Sequence record: NC_055781.1
From: Escherichia phage p000v
Length of the DNA stretch: 64,000 nt
Direction: 5' to 3' (one strand)
Shown here piece by piece: positions 18,902 through 27,341 of the stretch (the stretch's first letter is position 1; every line of letters starts with the position of its first letter). A program made the position numbers and the translations under genes. Below the pieces are notes generated by a model that made no database searches, had not been told where the DNA came from, and saw only the letters and a list, made by a program, of their open reading frames with translations.

Positions 18902-19588
18902 ATGAAACTGTCTAAAGATACTATCGCTATTCTGAAAAACTTTGCCTCTATTAACTCCGGTATTCTGCTGAGTCAAGGTAAATTTATTATGACCCGTGCA
19001 GTTAATGGCACCACTTATGCGGAAGCAAATATCTCTGATGAAATTGATTTTGACGTAGCACTTTATGATTTGAATAGCTTCTTAAGCATTTTGAGTCTAG
19101 TGTCTGATGATGCTGAAATTTCAATGCACACCGATGGCAATATTAAAATTGCAGATACACGTTCCACAGTTTATTGGCCTGCTGCCGACAAGAGCACCAT
19201 TGTTTTTCCTAATAAGCCAATTCAATTCCCGGTGGCTTCTGTGATTACTGAAATTAAAGCTGAAGACCTTCAACAATTGCTTCGAGTTTCACGTGGTCTT
19301 CAGATTGATACAATTGCTATTACAAATAAAGATGGTAAAATTGTTATCAACGGTTACAATAAAGTTGAAGATTCTGGCTTGACCCGTCCTAAGTATTCTT
19401 TGACTCTTACAGATTATGATGGTTCTAACAACTTTAACTTCGTAATCAATATGGCTAATATGAAAATCCAGCCAGGTAACTATAAAGTAATGTTGTGGGG
19501 AGCTGGTGATAAAGTTGCAGCCAAGTTTGAAAGCTCTCAAGTAAGTTATGTTATTGCAATGGAAGCCGATTCTACTCACGACTTCTAA
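18902..19588 (+). CDS. 45: sliding clamp gp45
   Basis: MKLSKDT.A.LKNFA.INSGI...FIMTRAVNGTTYAEANISD matches recalled T4 gp45; RBS AAAGGAAA. Confidence 0.93.
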   Translation: MKLSKDTIAILKNFASINSGILLSQGKFIMTRAVNGTTYAEANISDEIDFDVALYDLNSFLSILSLVSDDAEISMHTDGNIKIADTRSTVYWPAADKSTIVFPNKPIQFPVASVITEIKAEDLQQLLRVSRGLQIDTIAITNKDGKIVINGYNKVEDSGLTRPKYSLTLTDYDGSNNFNFVINMANMKIQPGNYKVMLWGAGDKVAAKFESSQVSYVIAMEADSTHDF

Positions 19589-19663
19589 GTCAAAGCTTTA
19601 CGTTTAATGTAGTACGATTATGGAGGAGAAATCCTCCAGTTTAATGATAATGAGGAAAATTAC

Positions 19664-20626
19664 ATGATTACTATCAATTCCAAAGAACACATTCTAGAAC
19701 AGAAATATCGTCCTTCTTCCATTGACGAATGTATTCTGCCTGCGTATGACCATGAAACATTCAAGTCTTTAGTATCTAAAGGAAAACTTCCTCATATTAT
19801 TTTGCACTCTCCTTCTCCTGGTACAGGTAAAACAACCGTAGCAAAAGCATTATGTAATGATATCAATGCCGAAATGATGTTCGTCAACGGTTCTGATTGT
19901 AAGATTGATTTTGTGCGTGGTCCGTTAACTGCATTCGCTCGTTCAGTCTCAATGGAAGGCAAGCCTAAAGTTATTGTTATTGATGAATTCGACCGTAGTG
20001 GCCTCGCCGAATCACAACGCCATCTTCGTACGTTTATGGAAGAATTCTCTAGTAACTGCTCTATTGTTATTACTGCTAACAACATCGATGGAATTATTGA
20101 ACCATTACGTAGCCGTTGTCGAGTTATCGAATTCGGTCGTCCAACCGAAGAAGATAAAATCTCGATGATGAAGAAAATGATTCATCGTATGGTTGAAATC
20201 TGTAAGAACGAAAATATCGAAATCGCTGATATGAAAGTTGTTGCAGCTCTTGTTAAAAAGAACTTCCCAGACTTTCGTCGTACAATTGGACAATTAGACC
20301 AGTACTCGTCTAAAGGTGTTCTTGATGCGGGTATTCTGTCTATCGTAACTAATGACCGTGGCACAGTCTCTGATGTTATCGAAGCAATGAAGAACAAAGA
20401 TATAAAACAGCTTCGTGCATTAGCTCCAAAATATGCTGCAGATTATTCATGGTTCATCGATAAATTAGTTTCAGAATGTTATGACCAAGTTGCACCTGGT
20501 AAAAGTATTATTTCGCTTTACGAAATTGCAGGCGAAAATAATAAGTTTCATGGATTAGCAAGTAATATTGAATTACATGTTATGTATATGCTTCTTCAAC
20601 TGACCTGCGAACTGACTTGGAAATAA
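19664..20626 (+). CDS. 44: clamp loader large subunit gp44
   Basis: 320 aa; Walker [11 protein letters not shown]; synteny. Confidence 0.92.
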   Translation: MITINSKEHILEQKYRPSSIDECILPAYDHETFKSLVSKGKLPHIILHSPSPGTGKTTVAKALCNDINAEMMFVNGSDCKIDFVRGPLTAFARSVSMEGKPKVIVIDEFDRSGLAESQRHLRTFMEEFSSNCSIVITANNIDGIIEPLRSRCRVIEFGRPTEEDKISMMKKMIHRMVEICKNENIEIADMKVVAALVKKNFPDFRRTIGQLDQYSSKGVLDAGILSIVTNDRGTVSDVIEAMKNKDIKQLRALAPKYAADYSWFIDKLVSECYDQVAPGKSIISLYEIAGENNKFHGLASNIELHVMYMLLQLTCELTWK

Positions 20627-20627
20627 T

Positions 20628-21191
20628 ATGAACTTATTCGATGATGACGTCCAGCTTAACGAGCACCAAATTGCATGGAAGTCTAATGACGCTGATGCGA
20701 TTCAAAAATGTGCTGATATGTTTAAAGAAAAACCTGAGAATGAATTCTTTAAAATCATTAATGCTATTAATGAAAAGAAATCTATGTCAATTGCTCAGGT
20801 CGACTACTCAAAATTTATGGTTGAGAACTCATTATCCCAGTTTCCAGAATGTATGCCAGCCGTTTACATGATGAACTTAGTCGGTTCTGAATTAAGTGAT
20901 GAAGCGCACTTCAACTATATGATGGCGGCAATTCCACGTGGTCGTCGATTCTCTAAATGGGCTAAACTAGTCGAAGACACTTCAGAGTTACTAGTTATCA
21001 AACTGTTGATGAAACATTACACAATCAACATGAATGATGCCACCGAGTATAAACGGCTCCTTGAAAAAAATAACAAGCTGCCAATAGTCCTTAAAGAACT
21101 GAAGGCCATGGTCACTGATGAATTTCTCAAAGAAGTTACTAAAAACGTAAAAGAACAAAAACAATTTAAAAAATTAGCATTGGAATGGTAA
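20628..21191 (+). CDS. 62: clamp loader small subunit gp62
   Basis: 187 aa; synteny between 44 and regA. Confidence 0.85.
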   Translation: MNLFDDDVQLNEHQIAWKSNDADAIQKCADMFKEKPENEFFKIINAINEKKSMSIAQVDYSKFMVENSLSQFPECMPAVYMMNLVGSELSDEAHFNYMMAAIPRGRRFSKWAKLVEDTSELLVIKLLMKHYTINMNDATEYKRLLEKNNKLPIVLKELKAMVTDEFLKEVTKNVKEQKQFKKLALEW

Positions 21192-21193
21192 AA

Positions 21194-21562
21194 ATGATTG
21201 AAATTAAATTGAAGAACCCTGAAGATTTTCTGAAAGTCAAAGAGACTCTGACCCGTATGGGCATCGCTAATAACAAGGATAAAGTTCTTTATCAGTCCTG
21301 TCATATCCTCCAAAAGCAAGGTAAATACTACATCGTCCACTTTAAAGAAATGCTGCGTATGGACGGACGTCAGGTTGATATTGATGGTGAAGACTATCAG
21401 CGACGTGATTCGATTGCTCAGTTGCTTGAAGACTGGGGATTAATTGTTATTGAAGACTCTGCTCGTGAAGATCTATTTAGCCTGACTAATAACTTCCGAG
21501 TTATCTCTTTTAAACAGAAAGATGACTGGACTTTGAAAGCAAAATATACAATTGGTAATTAA
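21194..21562 (+). CDS. regA: translational repressor RegA
   Basis: MIEI.LK.PEDFLKVKETLTRMGIANNKDKVLYQSCHILQK matches recalled T4 RegA; 122 aa. Confidence 0.9.
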   Translation: MIEIKLKNPEDFLKVKETLTRMGIANNKDKVLYQSCHILQKQGKYYIVHFKEMLRMDGRQVDIDGEDYQRRDSIAQLLEDWGLIVIEDSAREDLFSLTNNFRVISFKQKDDWTLKAKYTIGN

Positions 21563-21567
21563 AGCAA

Positions 21568-21586
21568 TGGGACTTCGGTCCCATTT
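21568..21586 (+). promoter_or_regulatory. hairpin UGGGAC-UUCG-GUCCCA (terminator or RNA stability element)
   Basis: 6 bp stem with UUCG loop, only 3 T after. Confidence 0.4.
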
Positions 21587-21615
21587 GGAGTATAATAAGT
21601 TCATCAACAAACAAA

Positions 21616-21631
21616 AGACAATAACTCGTCT
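21616..21631 (+). promoter_or_regulatory. candidate gp43 translational operator hairpin (AGAC-AAUAACUC-GUCU)
   Basis: Short stem with 8-nt loop AAUAACUC 12 nt upstream of gene 43 ATG. Confidence 0.5.
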
Positions 21632-21643
21632 AAAGGAAATTAA

Positions 21644-24355
21644 ATGAAAGAATTTTACTTAACGGTTGAACAGATTGGTGATTCAATTTTTGAACGTTAC
21701 ATCGATTCTAATGGCCGTGAACGTACTCGTGAAGTAGAATATAAACCATCACTGTTTGCTCATTGTCCGGAAAGTCAGGCTACGAAATATTTTGATATCT
21801 ACGGTAAGCCGTGTACTCGTAAACTATTCGCTAACATGCGTGATGCGTCTCAATGGATTAAACGCATGGAAGATATCGGACTTGAAGCACTTGGCATGGA
21901 CGATTTCAAATTAGCGTATTTGTCTGACACTTATAACTATGAAATCAAATACGACCATACAAAAATTCGTGTGGCTAACTTCGACATCGAAGTAACATCT
22001 CCGGATGGGTTCCCTGAGCCGTCACAAGCAAAACATCCTATTGATGCTATCACCCATTATGACTCAATTGACGACAGGTTCTACGTATTTGATCTATTGA
22101 ATTCTCCATATGGTAATGTAGAAGAATGGTCTATTGAAATCGCTGCTAAGCTTCAAGAACAAGGTGGTGATGAAGTTCCATCTGAAATTATCGATAAAAT
22201 CATTTATATGCCGTTCGATAACGAAAAAGAATTGTTGATGGAATATCTCAACTTCTGGCAACAGAAAACTCCTGTCATTTTGACTGGATGGAACGTTGAG
22301 TCATTTGATATTCCATATGTGTATAACAGAATCAAGAATATTTTTGGCGAATCTACTGCGAAACGTTTATCACCACATCGTAAAACTCGTGTTAAAGTTA
22401 TCGAAAACATGTATGGTTCTCGTGAAATCATTACATTGTTCGGTATCTCTGTTCTTGATTACATTGACCTTTACAAAAAATTCTCTTTTACCAATCAACC
22501 GTCGTATTCTCTGGATTACATTTCAGAATTTGAATTGAACGTTGGTAAACTGAAATATGACGGCCCTATTTCTAAGCTTCGTGAAAGCAATCACCAACGA
22601 TATATTTCTTATAACATCATCGACGTGTATCGTGTATTGCAAATTGATGCTAAGCGCCAGTTCATCAACTTGAGTTTGGACATGGGTTATTATGCTAAGA
22701 TACAGATTCAATCTGTGTTCAGCCCAATTAAAACATGGGATGCTATTATTTTTAATAGCCTTAAAGAGCAGAACAAGGTGATTCCACAAGGTCGTTCTCA
22801 CCCGGTTCAACCTTATCCTGGCGCTTTTGTTAAGGAACCTATTCCAAATCGATACAAATATGTAATGAGTTTCGACCTTACATCTCTGTATCCAAGTATT
22901 ATTCGCCAAGTGAATATTAGCCCAGAAACAATAGCAGGAACGTTTAAAGTAGCTCCATTGCATGATTATATTAACGCAATCGCTGAACGTCCTTCAGATG
23001 TGTACAGCTGCTCTCCTAATGGCATGATGTATTATAAAGACCGTGATGGTGTAGTTCCAACTGAAATCACTAAGGTCTTTAATCAACGTAAAGAACATAA
23101 AGGTTACATGCTTGCAGCTCAACGTAATGGTGAAATAATTAAAGAGGCATTGCATAATCCTAATCTTTCTGTTGACGAACCATTAGATGTTGATTATCGT
23201 TTCGACTTCACTGATGAGATTAAAGAAAAGATTAAAAAGTTGTCTGCTAAATCTCTTAATGAAATGTTGTTCAGAGCTCAACGTACTGAAGTTGCAGGTA
23301 TGACTGCACAAATTAACCGTAAATTGCTTATCAACTCACTTTATGGTGCACTTGGAAACGTTTGGTTCCGTTATTACGATTTGCGTAATGCAACTGCAAT
23401 CACAACATTTGGTCAAATGGCTTTACAGTGGATTGAACGTAAAGTTAATGAATATCTGAATGAAGTTTGTGGTACAGAAGGTGAAGCTTTCGTTCTTTAT
23501 GGTGATACAGACTCTATTTACGTATCTGCAGATAAAATTATTGATAAGGTTGGTGAATCTAAATTCCGTGATACCAACCATTGGGTGGACTTTTTAGATA
23601 AGTTTGCACGTGAACGTATGGAACCGGCTATTGATAGAGGTTTCCGTGAAATGTGTGAATACATGAACAATAAACAACACTTAATGTTCATGGACCGAGA
23701 AGCTATCGCTGGTCCTCCGCTCGGTTCTAAAGGTATTGGTGGATTCTGGACTGGTAAGAAACGTTATGCATTAAACGTGTGGGATATGGAAGGTACTCGT
23801 TACGCTGAGCCTAAACTCAAAATCATGGGTCTAGAGACTCAGAAATCTTCGACCCCTAAAGCAGTACAGAAAGCTCTTAAAGAATGTATTCGTCGTATGC
23901 TTCAAGAAGGTGAAGAATCATTACAAGAATATTTTAAAGAGTTTGAAAAAGAATTCCGTCAATTGAATTATATTAGCATCGCGTCGGTATCTTCTGCGAA
24001 TAACATTGCTAAATATGACGTTGGTGGATTCCCTGGTCCTAAATGCCCGTTCCATATTCGTGGAATTCTGACATATAACAGAGCTATCAAAGGTAATATT
24101 GATGCTCCACAAGTTGTAGAAGGCGAAAAGGTATACGTTCTGCCTTTACGTGATGGAAACCCGTTCGGTGATAAATGTATCGCATGGCCTTCTGGTACTG
24201 AAATCACAGATTTAATTAAAGACGACGTACTTCATTGGATGGACTACACTGTTCTCCTTGAGAAGACATTTATTAAACCACTTGAAGGATTCACATCAGC
24301 AGCGAAACTCGATTACGAGAAGAAAGCATCTCTGTTCGATATGTTCGATTTTTGA
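21644..24355 (+). CDS. 43: DNA polymerase gp43 (family B)
   Basis: 903 aa; exo motifs FDIE, polymerase motifs DLTSLYPSII and YGDTDS; N-terminus MKEFYLTVEQIGDSIFERYIDSNGRERTRE matches my recollection of RB69 gp43. Confidence 0.97.
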   Translation: MKEFYLTVEQIGDSIFERYIDSNGRERTREVEYKPSLFAHCPESQATKYFDIYGKPCTRKLFANMRDASQWIKRMEDIGLEALGMDDFKLAYLSDTYNYEIKYDHTKIRVANFDIEVTSPDGFPEPSQAKHPIDAITHYDSIDDRFYVFDLLNSPYGNVEEWSIEIAAKLQEQGGDEVPSEIIDKIIYMPFDNEKELLMEYLNFWQQKTPVILTGWNVESFDIPYVYNRIKNIFGESTAKRLSPHRKTRVKVIENMYGSREIITLFGISVLDYIDLYKKFSFTNQPSYSLDYISEFELNVGKLKYDGPISKLRESNHQRYISYNIIDVYRVLQIDAKRQFINLSLDMGYYAKIQIQSVFSPIKTWDAIIFNSLKEQNKVIPQGRSHPVQPYPGAFVKEPIPNRYKYVMSFDLTSLYPSIIRQVNISPETIAGTFKVAPLHDYINAIAERPSDVYSCSPNGMMYYKDRDGVVPTEITKVFNQRKEHKGYMLAAQRNGEIIKEALHNPNLSVDEPLDVDYRFDFTDEIKEKIKKLSAKSLNEMLFRAQRTEVAGMTAQINRKLLINSLYGALGNVWFRYYDLRNATAITTFGQMALQWIERKVNEYLNEVCGTEGEAFVLYGDTDSIYVSADKIIDKVGESKFRDTNHWVDFLDKFARERMEPAIDRGFREMCEYMNNKQHLMFMDREAIAGPPLGSKGIGGFWTGKKRYALNVWDMEGTRYAEPKLKIMGLETQKSSTPKAVQKALKECIRRMLQEGEESLQEYFKEFEKEFRQLNYISIASVSSANNIAKYDVGGFPGPKCPFHIRGILTYNRAIKGNIDAPQVVEGEKVYVLPLRDGNPFGDKCIAWPSGTEITDLIKDDVLHWMDYTVLLEKTFIKPLEGFTSAAKLDYEKKASLFDMFDF

Positions 24356-24395
24356 TATAATGCCATGGACGGTAAACTAATTAAATGAGAGAAAT

Positions 24396-25031
24396 ATGAA
24401 AACTACACCAATCACTATCGCTATTGACGCAATCGTAAAACAAGCTTCATCTCTTGCCACTATGGCTAAAGTAATTAGTCAAAACTCTGCCCGATATAAT
24501 GCTATTCTTGAAACTCTTCGTCGCCCTGGACTGAGTAATTATGAAAGCCGAGTAATTATTACAGGTGTTGGTAAGAACGCTAATATCGCAACTAAAGCTT
24601 CCGAGACTTTTGCTTCACTAGGTATTCCTAGCATGTATTTGAACACCGGGCATTATTCTCATGGCGACGCAGGATTTATTGCACCTAATGATGTATTAGT
24701 TCACATCAGTCGTTCTGGTAAGACTGAAGAAATGATAGGTGTTGCTAAACATCTTCGTATGATTCGTCCTCAGGTTAAACAGATTCTGTTACATTGTAAC
24801 CCTGACATTCCGCAAGAATACGAAGCTCTTTTTGATTATACGTTCTGTACAGGCATCGCGGTAGAGGTTGATGAGAATTCTCTGGCTCCGACCATGTCCA
24901 CTACATTGTTGTTAGCGCTTATCGATACGTTTGCTATCAACCTTTCGTCTGAACGTGGATTTACCTCTAATGACTTCCTTAAGTTCCACCCTGGTGGTGC
25001 ACTAGGTGCCATGTTACGAGGCGAACAATGA
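24396..25031 (+). CDS. SIS-domain sugar-phosphate isomerase, KdsD/KpsF-like arabinose-5-phosphate isomerase without CBS domains
   Basis: ITGVGKNANIATKASETFASLGIPS, SHGDAGFIAPNDVLVHISRSGKTEE and HPGGALG resemble the API SIS domain. Confidence 0.8.
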   Translation: MKTTPITIAIDAIVKQASSLATMAKVISQNSARYNAILETLRRPGLSNYESRVIITGVGKNANIATKASETFASLGIPSMYLNTGHYSHGDAGFIAPNDVLVHISRSGKTEEMIGVAKHLRMIRPQVKQILLHCNPDIPQEYEALFDYTFCTGIAVEVDENSLAPTMSTTLLLALIDTFAINLSSERGFTSNDFLKFHPGGALGAMLRGEQ

Positions 25032-25171
25032 AAGCAATAACAATAGGACTTTTACTATTGATGCTTGTCATGACTATCTACTGGAGCTTAACGGCTCCAG
25101 TAATGATTCCGACTCTTATAATCGGATGGATTATGATTGGACTACAAGCAAAGTATGAATGCTTTAACTAG
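25028..25171 (+). CDS. small hydrophobic peptide (47 aa, two predicted TM helices)
   Basis: ATGA overlap with upstream stop; below ORF-track size cutoff. Confidence 0.35.
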   Translation: MKAITIGLLLLMLVMTIYWSLTAPVMIPTLIIGWIMIGLQAKYECFN

Positions 25172-25184
25172 AATAGTGTACAAT
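25158..25184 (+). promoter_or_regulatory. candidate middle promoter (MotA box TGCTTTA, -10 TACAAT)
   Basis: TGCTTTA at 25160-25166, 12 nt spacer, TACAAT at 25179-25184. Confidence 0.4.
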
Positions 25185-25212
25185 ACACCTACTTACCAAT
25201 GAGGACTTCAAC

Positions 25213-26898
25213 ATGAAAAAAGCTGTTATTCTTGGTGCTGGACTGGCAACTCGTTTGTATCCAATAACGCACCATATTCCTAAGGTGCTTGTTAACTATA
25301 AACAAGACACTATTCTGAGCAATTTGTATACAATTTATTCTGACCTTGGCGCAGATGAAATTATTGTAGTAGTTCATTCAAAATTTGCTGAAACTGTTCG
25401 AGCTTATTGCGAGCAAGAAGGGTTCAATGTGACTATTCGTACAGTTGATGAAGCGTATGGTTCTGCTTATGCTCTTGCTAAATTATACAAAGATTTAGAT
25501 GGCCATAACGTAATTGTTAACTGGTGTGATATTATTCCTGACTTTGGTTCATGGTCTTGGAATGTTAACGCAATCTATGTTAAGGGTGATGAATGTCGAT
25601 ATAATTTCGATGGTGAAAATATCACTAACGTAGGTTCAACAGGTGGTAATGTTGTAGGAATTTATCAGTTCAAAGACTGGGAATTCTACATGGGTTCTAC
25701 TGATGAGGAAATTCACGAATACTGCAAAGGTCGTGATTTCGTAGAATTCCTTTACGGCAGTGCATTCAATAAATCAGAGCTTATGAATCTAATTGATTTA
25801 GGTGATATGCCTAAACTTGAAAAGGCTCATGAAGTTCGTGAACTGAATCGTAGTTTTAATGCAGTTGAAATTGGCGAAGAAACTGTAACTAAATTCGCGT
25901 TAACCGAACAAGGTCGAGCTCTTCAAAAAGATGAGATTTCATGGTATTTGAAAGTGAAATCAGATTCAGTTCCTCAGTTAGTTTCGGTAAATGAAAATAA
26001 TTTTGAAATGGAACGTATTAAAGGTAAGCCGGCATTTGAATATATTAAATCCAAATCAAGTCTTGCTCGTCCACAAATTGTTGATGCAATTTTAGATGCA
26101 CTGAAATTCAGCACGGACACTTATTTTGTAAGTCCTGAAACTGTTCGCCGTGATTTCACTAAAGAGTTCTATACGAAAGTTATTGATCGTTGTGAAAGCA
26201 TTCAGCCATTGATTGATTCATTTGGTAAAATCACACGTGTGAACTACACTAAGATTGGACGTCTGAAGCCAATGTTGAAACAAGCTTTAGAACATCTTAT
26301 TCGTTATCATAACCGTTCTCAGGGACAGTACTCTGTTATTCATGGTGACCCGAACTTCAGTAATACTATGATTACCGATAACGGCGAAGTCAAGTTTATC
26401 GACCCTCGTGGATATTTTGGTGAAACCAAGATTTACGGGCCAAAATTGTATGATGAAGCTAAAGTGCTTTATGCTGTTTCAGGTTATGATGAATTCAATG
26501 CTAATCCGACCTGGGGTCAGTTTACTATTGATGAAACAACTTGTAATGTGACTATTAACATCAATCCATTAGTTTACAAATATGGAAAGATGAGTTCGTT
26601 TAACGAGTATCATCATTTGGCAGTAGCAATTATCTGGATTGCATTAGGTGGTTATTTCAAGAATAATCCACTTAAAGCGGTTGCCGCATATTATAAAGGT
26701 ATGGAACTTCTGACTAAGCAATTACGTAACATGGGCCGTGTACTTCAAGACGGCTCTATTAGTTATGACGTAGCAGAACCTGTAACGGCTACTCTGATTA
26801 CAAAAAATCCTGGTAAATGGGTACTAACTGATAAAGAAACTGGTGTTTCCTATCGTCCAATCGGCGGCGATATCACTCATCAATGGGAACGAATCTAA
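25213..26898 (+). CDS. bifunctional sugar-1-phosphate nucleotidyltransferase / APH-like sugar kinase
   Basis: N-terminus ILGAGLATRLYPITHHIPKVLV is an NTP-transferase signature; C-terminal HGDPNFSNTMITDNGEVKFIDPRGYFG is an APH/choline-kinase catalytic motif. Confidence 0.8.
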   Translation: MKKAVILGAGLATRLYPITHHIPKVLVNYKQDTILSNLYTIYSDLGADEIIVVVHSKFAETVRAYCEQEGFNVTIRTVDEAYGSAYALAKLYKDLDGHNVIVNWCDIIPDFGSWSWNVNAIYVKGDECRYNFDGENITNVGSTGGNVVGIYQFKDWEFYMGSTDEEIHEYCKGRDFVEFLYGSAFNKSELMNLIDLGDMPKLEKAHEVRELNRSFNAVEIGEETVTKFALTEQGRALQKDEISWYLKVKSDSVPQLVSVNENNFEMERIKGKPAFEYIKSKSSLARPQIVDAILDALKFSTDTYFVSPETVRRDFTKEFYTKVIDRCESIQPLIDSFGKITRVNYTKIGRLKPMLKQALEHLIRYHNRSQGQYSVIHGDPNFSNTMITDNGEVKFIDPRGYFGETKIYGPKLYDEAKVLYAVSGYDEFNANPTWGQFTIDETTCNVTININPLVYKYGKMSSFNEYHHLAVAIIWIALGGYFKNNPLKAVAAYYKGMELLTKQLRNMGRVLQDGSISYDVAEPVTATLITKNPGKWVLTDKETGVSYRPIGGDITHQWERI

Positions 26899-27284
26899 TG
26901 CACCGTGTAGAAAACATGCTTAATCTTTGTTTTGATGTCGATGATTGTATAACAGAGTGGAATAACAATCGTGATTACGTGAACTTCAAACCAGACGTCG
27001 AAATGGTGTCTGCCATTAATGCCCTGTATGATGCAGGGCATACCATAACGCTTTACACTGCCCGTGGTATGAAGTCGGTAGGTCCTGGTCGTATAGCAAT
27101 TGACATTCTCCCAAGTCTGATTCAGAACTTGGAAAACATTGGTTTGAAGTACCATAATTTGCTAACACATAAACCAGTATATGATTGGATTATCGACGAC
27201 AAAGCTATGCGTCCTGACGAATTCAAAGCTCTTATGAATAAAGGCGAATTCGAAACATTTAAATCATATAAACCAAATCTATAA
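26883..27284 (+). CDS. HAD-superfamily phosphatase (small, capless)
   Basis: Motif I FDVDDCIT, motif II TLYTAR, motif III/IV K..(n)..IIDDKA; alternative ATG at 26898. Confidence 0.7.
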   Translation: MGTNLMHRVENMLNLCFDVDDCITEWNNNRDYVNFKPDVEMVSAINALYDAGHTITLYTARGMKSVGPGRIAIDILPSLIQNLENIGLKYHNLLTHKPVYDWIIDDKAMRPDEFKALMNKGEFETFKSYKPNL

Positions 27285-27341
27285 TAATTTAAGTAAGACC
27301 TGCAAAAACCATCGCATCAATTAACGCGAGATGCAAAAAAA

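Noticed and set aside
22523-22963. 146-aa ORF on the minus strand inside the DNA polymerase gene
   Set aside because: Antisense to a strongly supported gene 43 reading frame; no RBS; typical shadow ORF.
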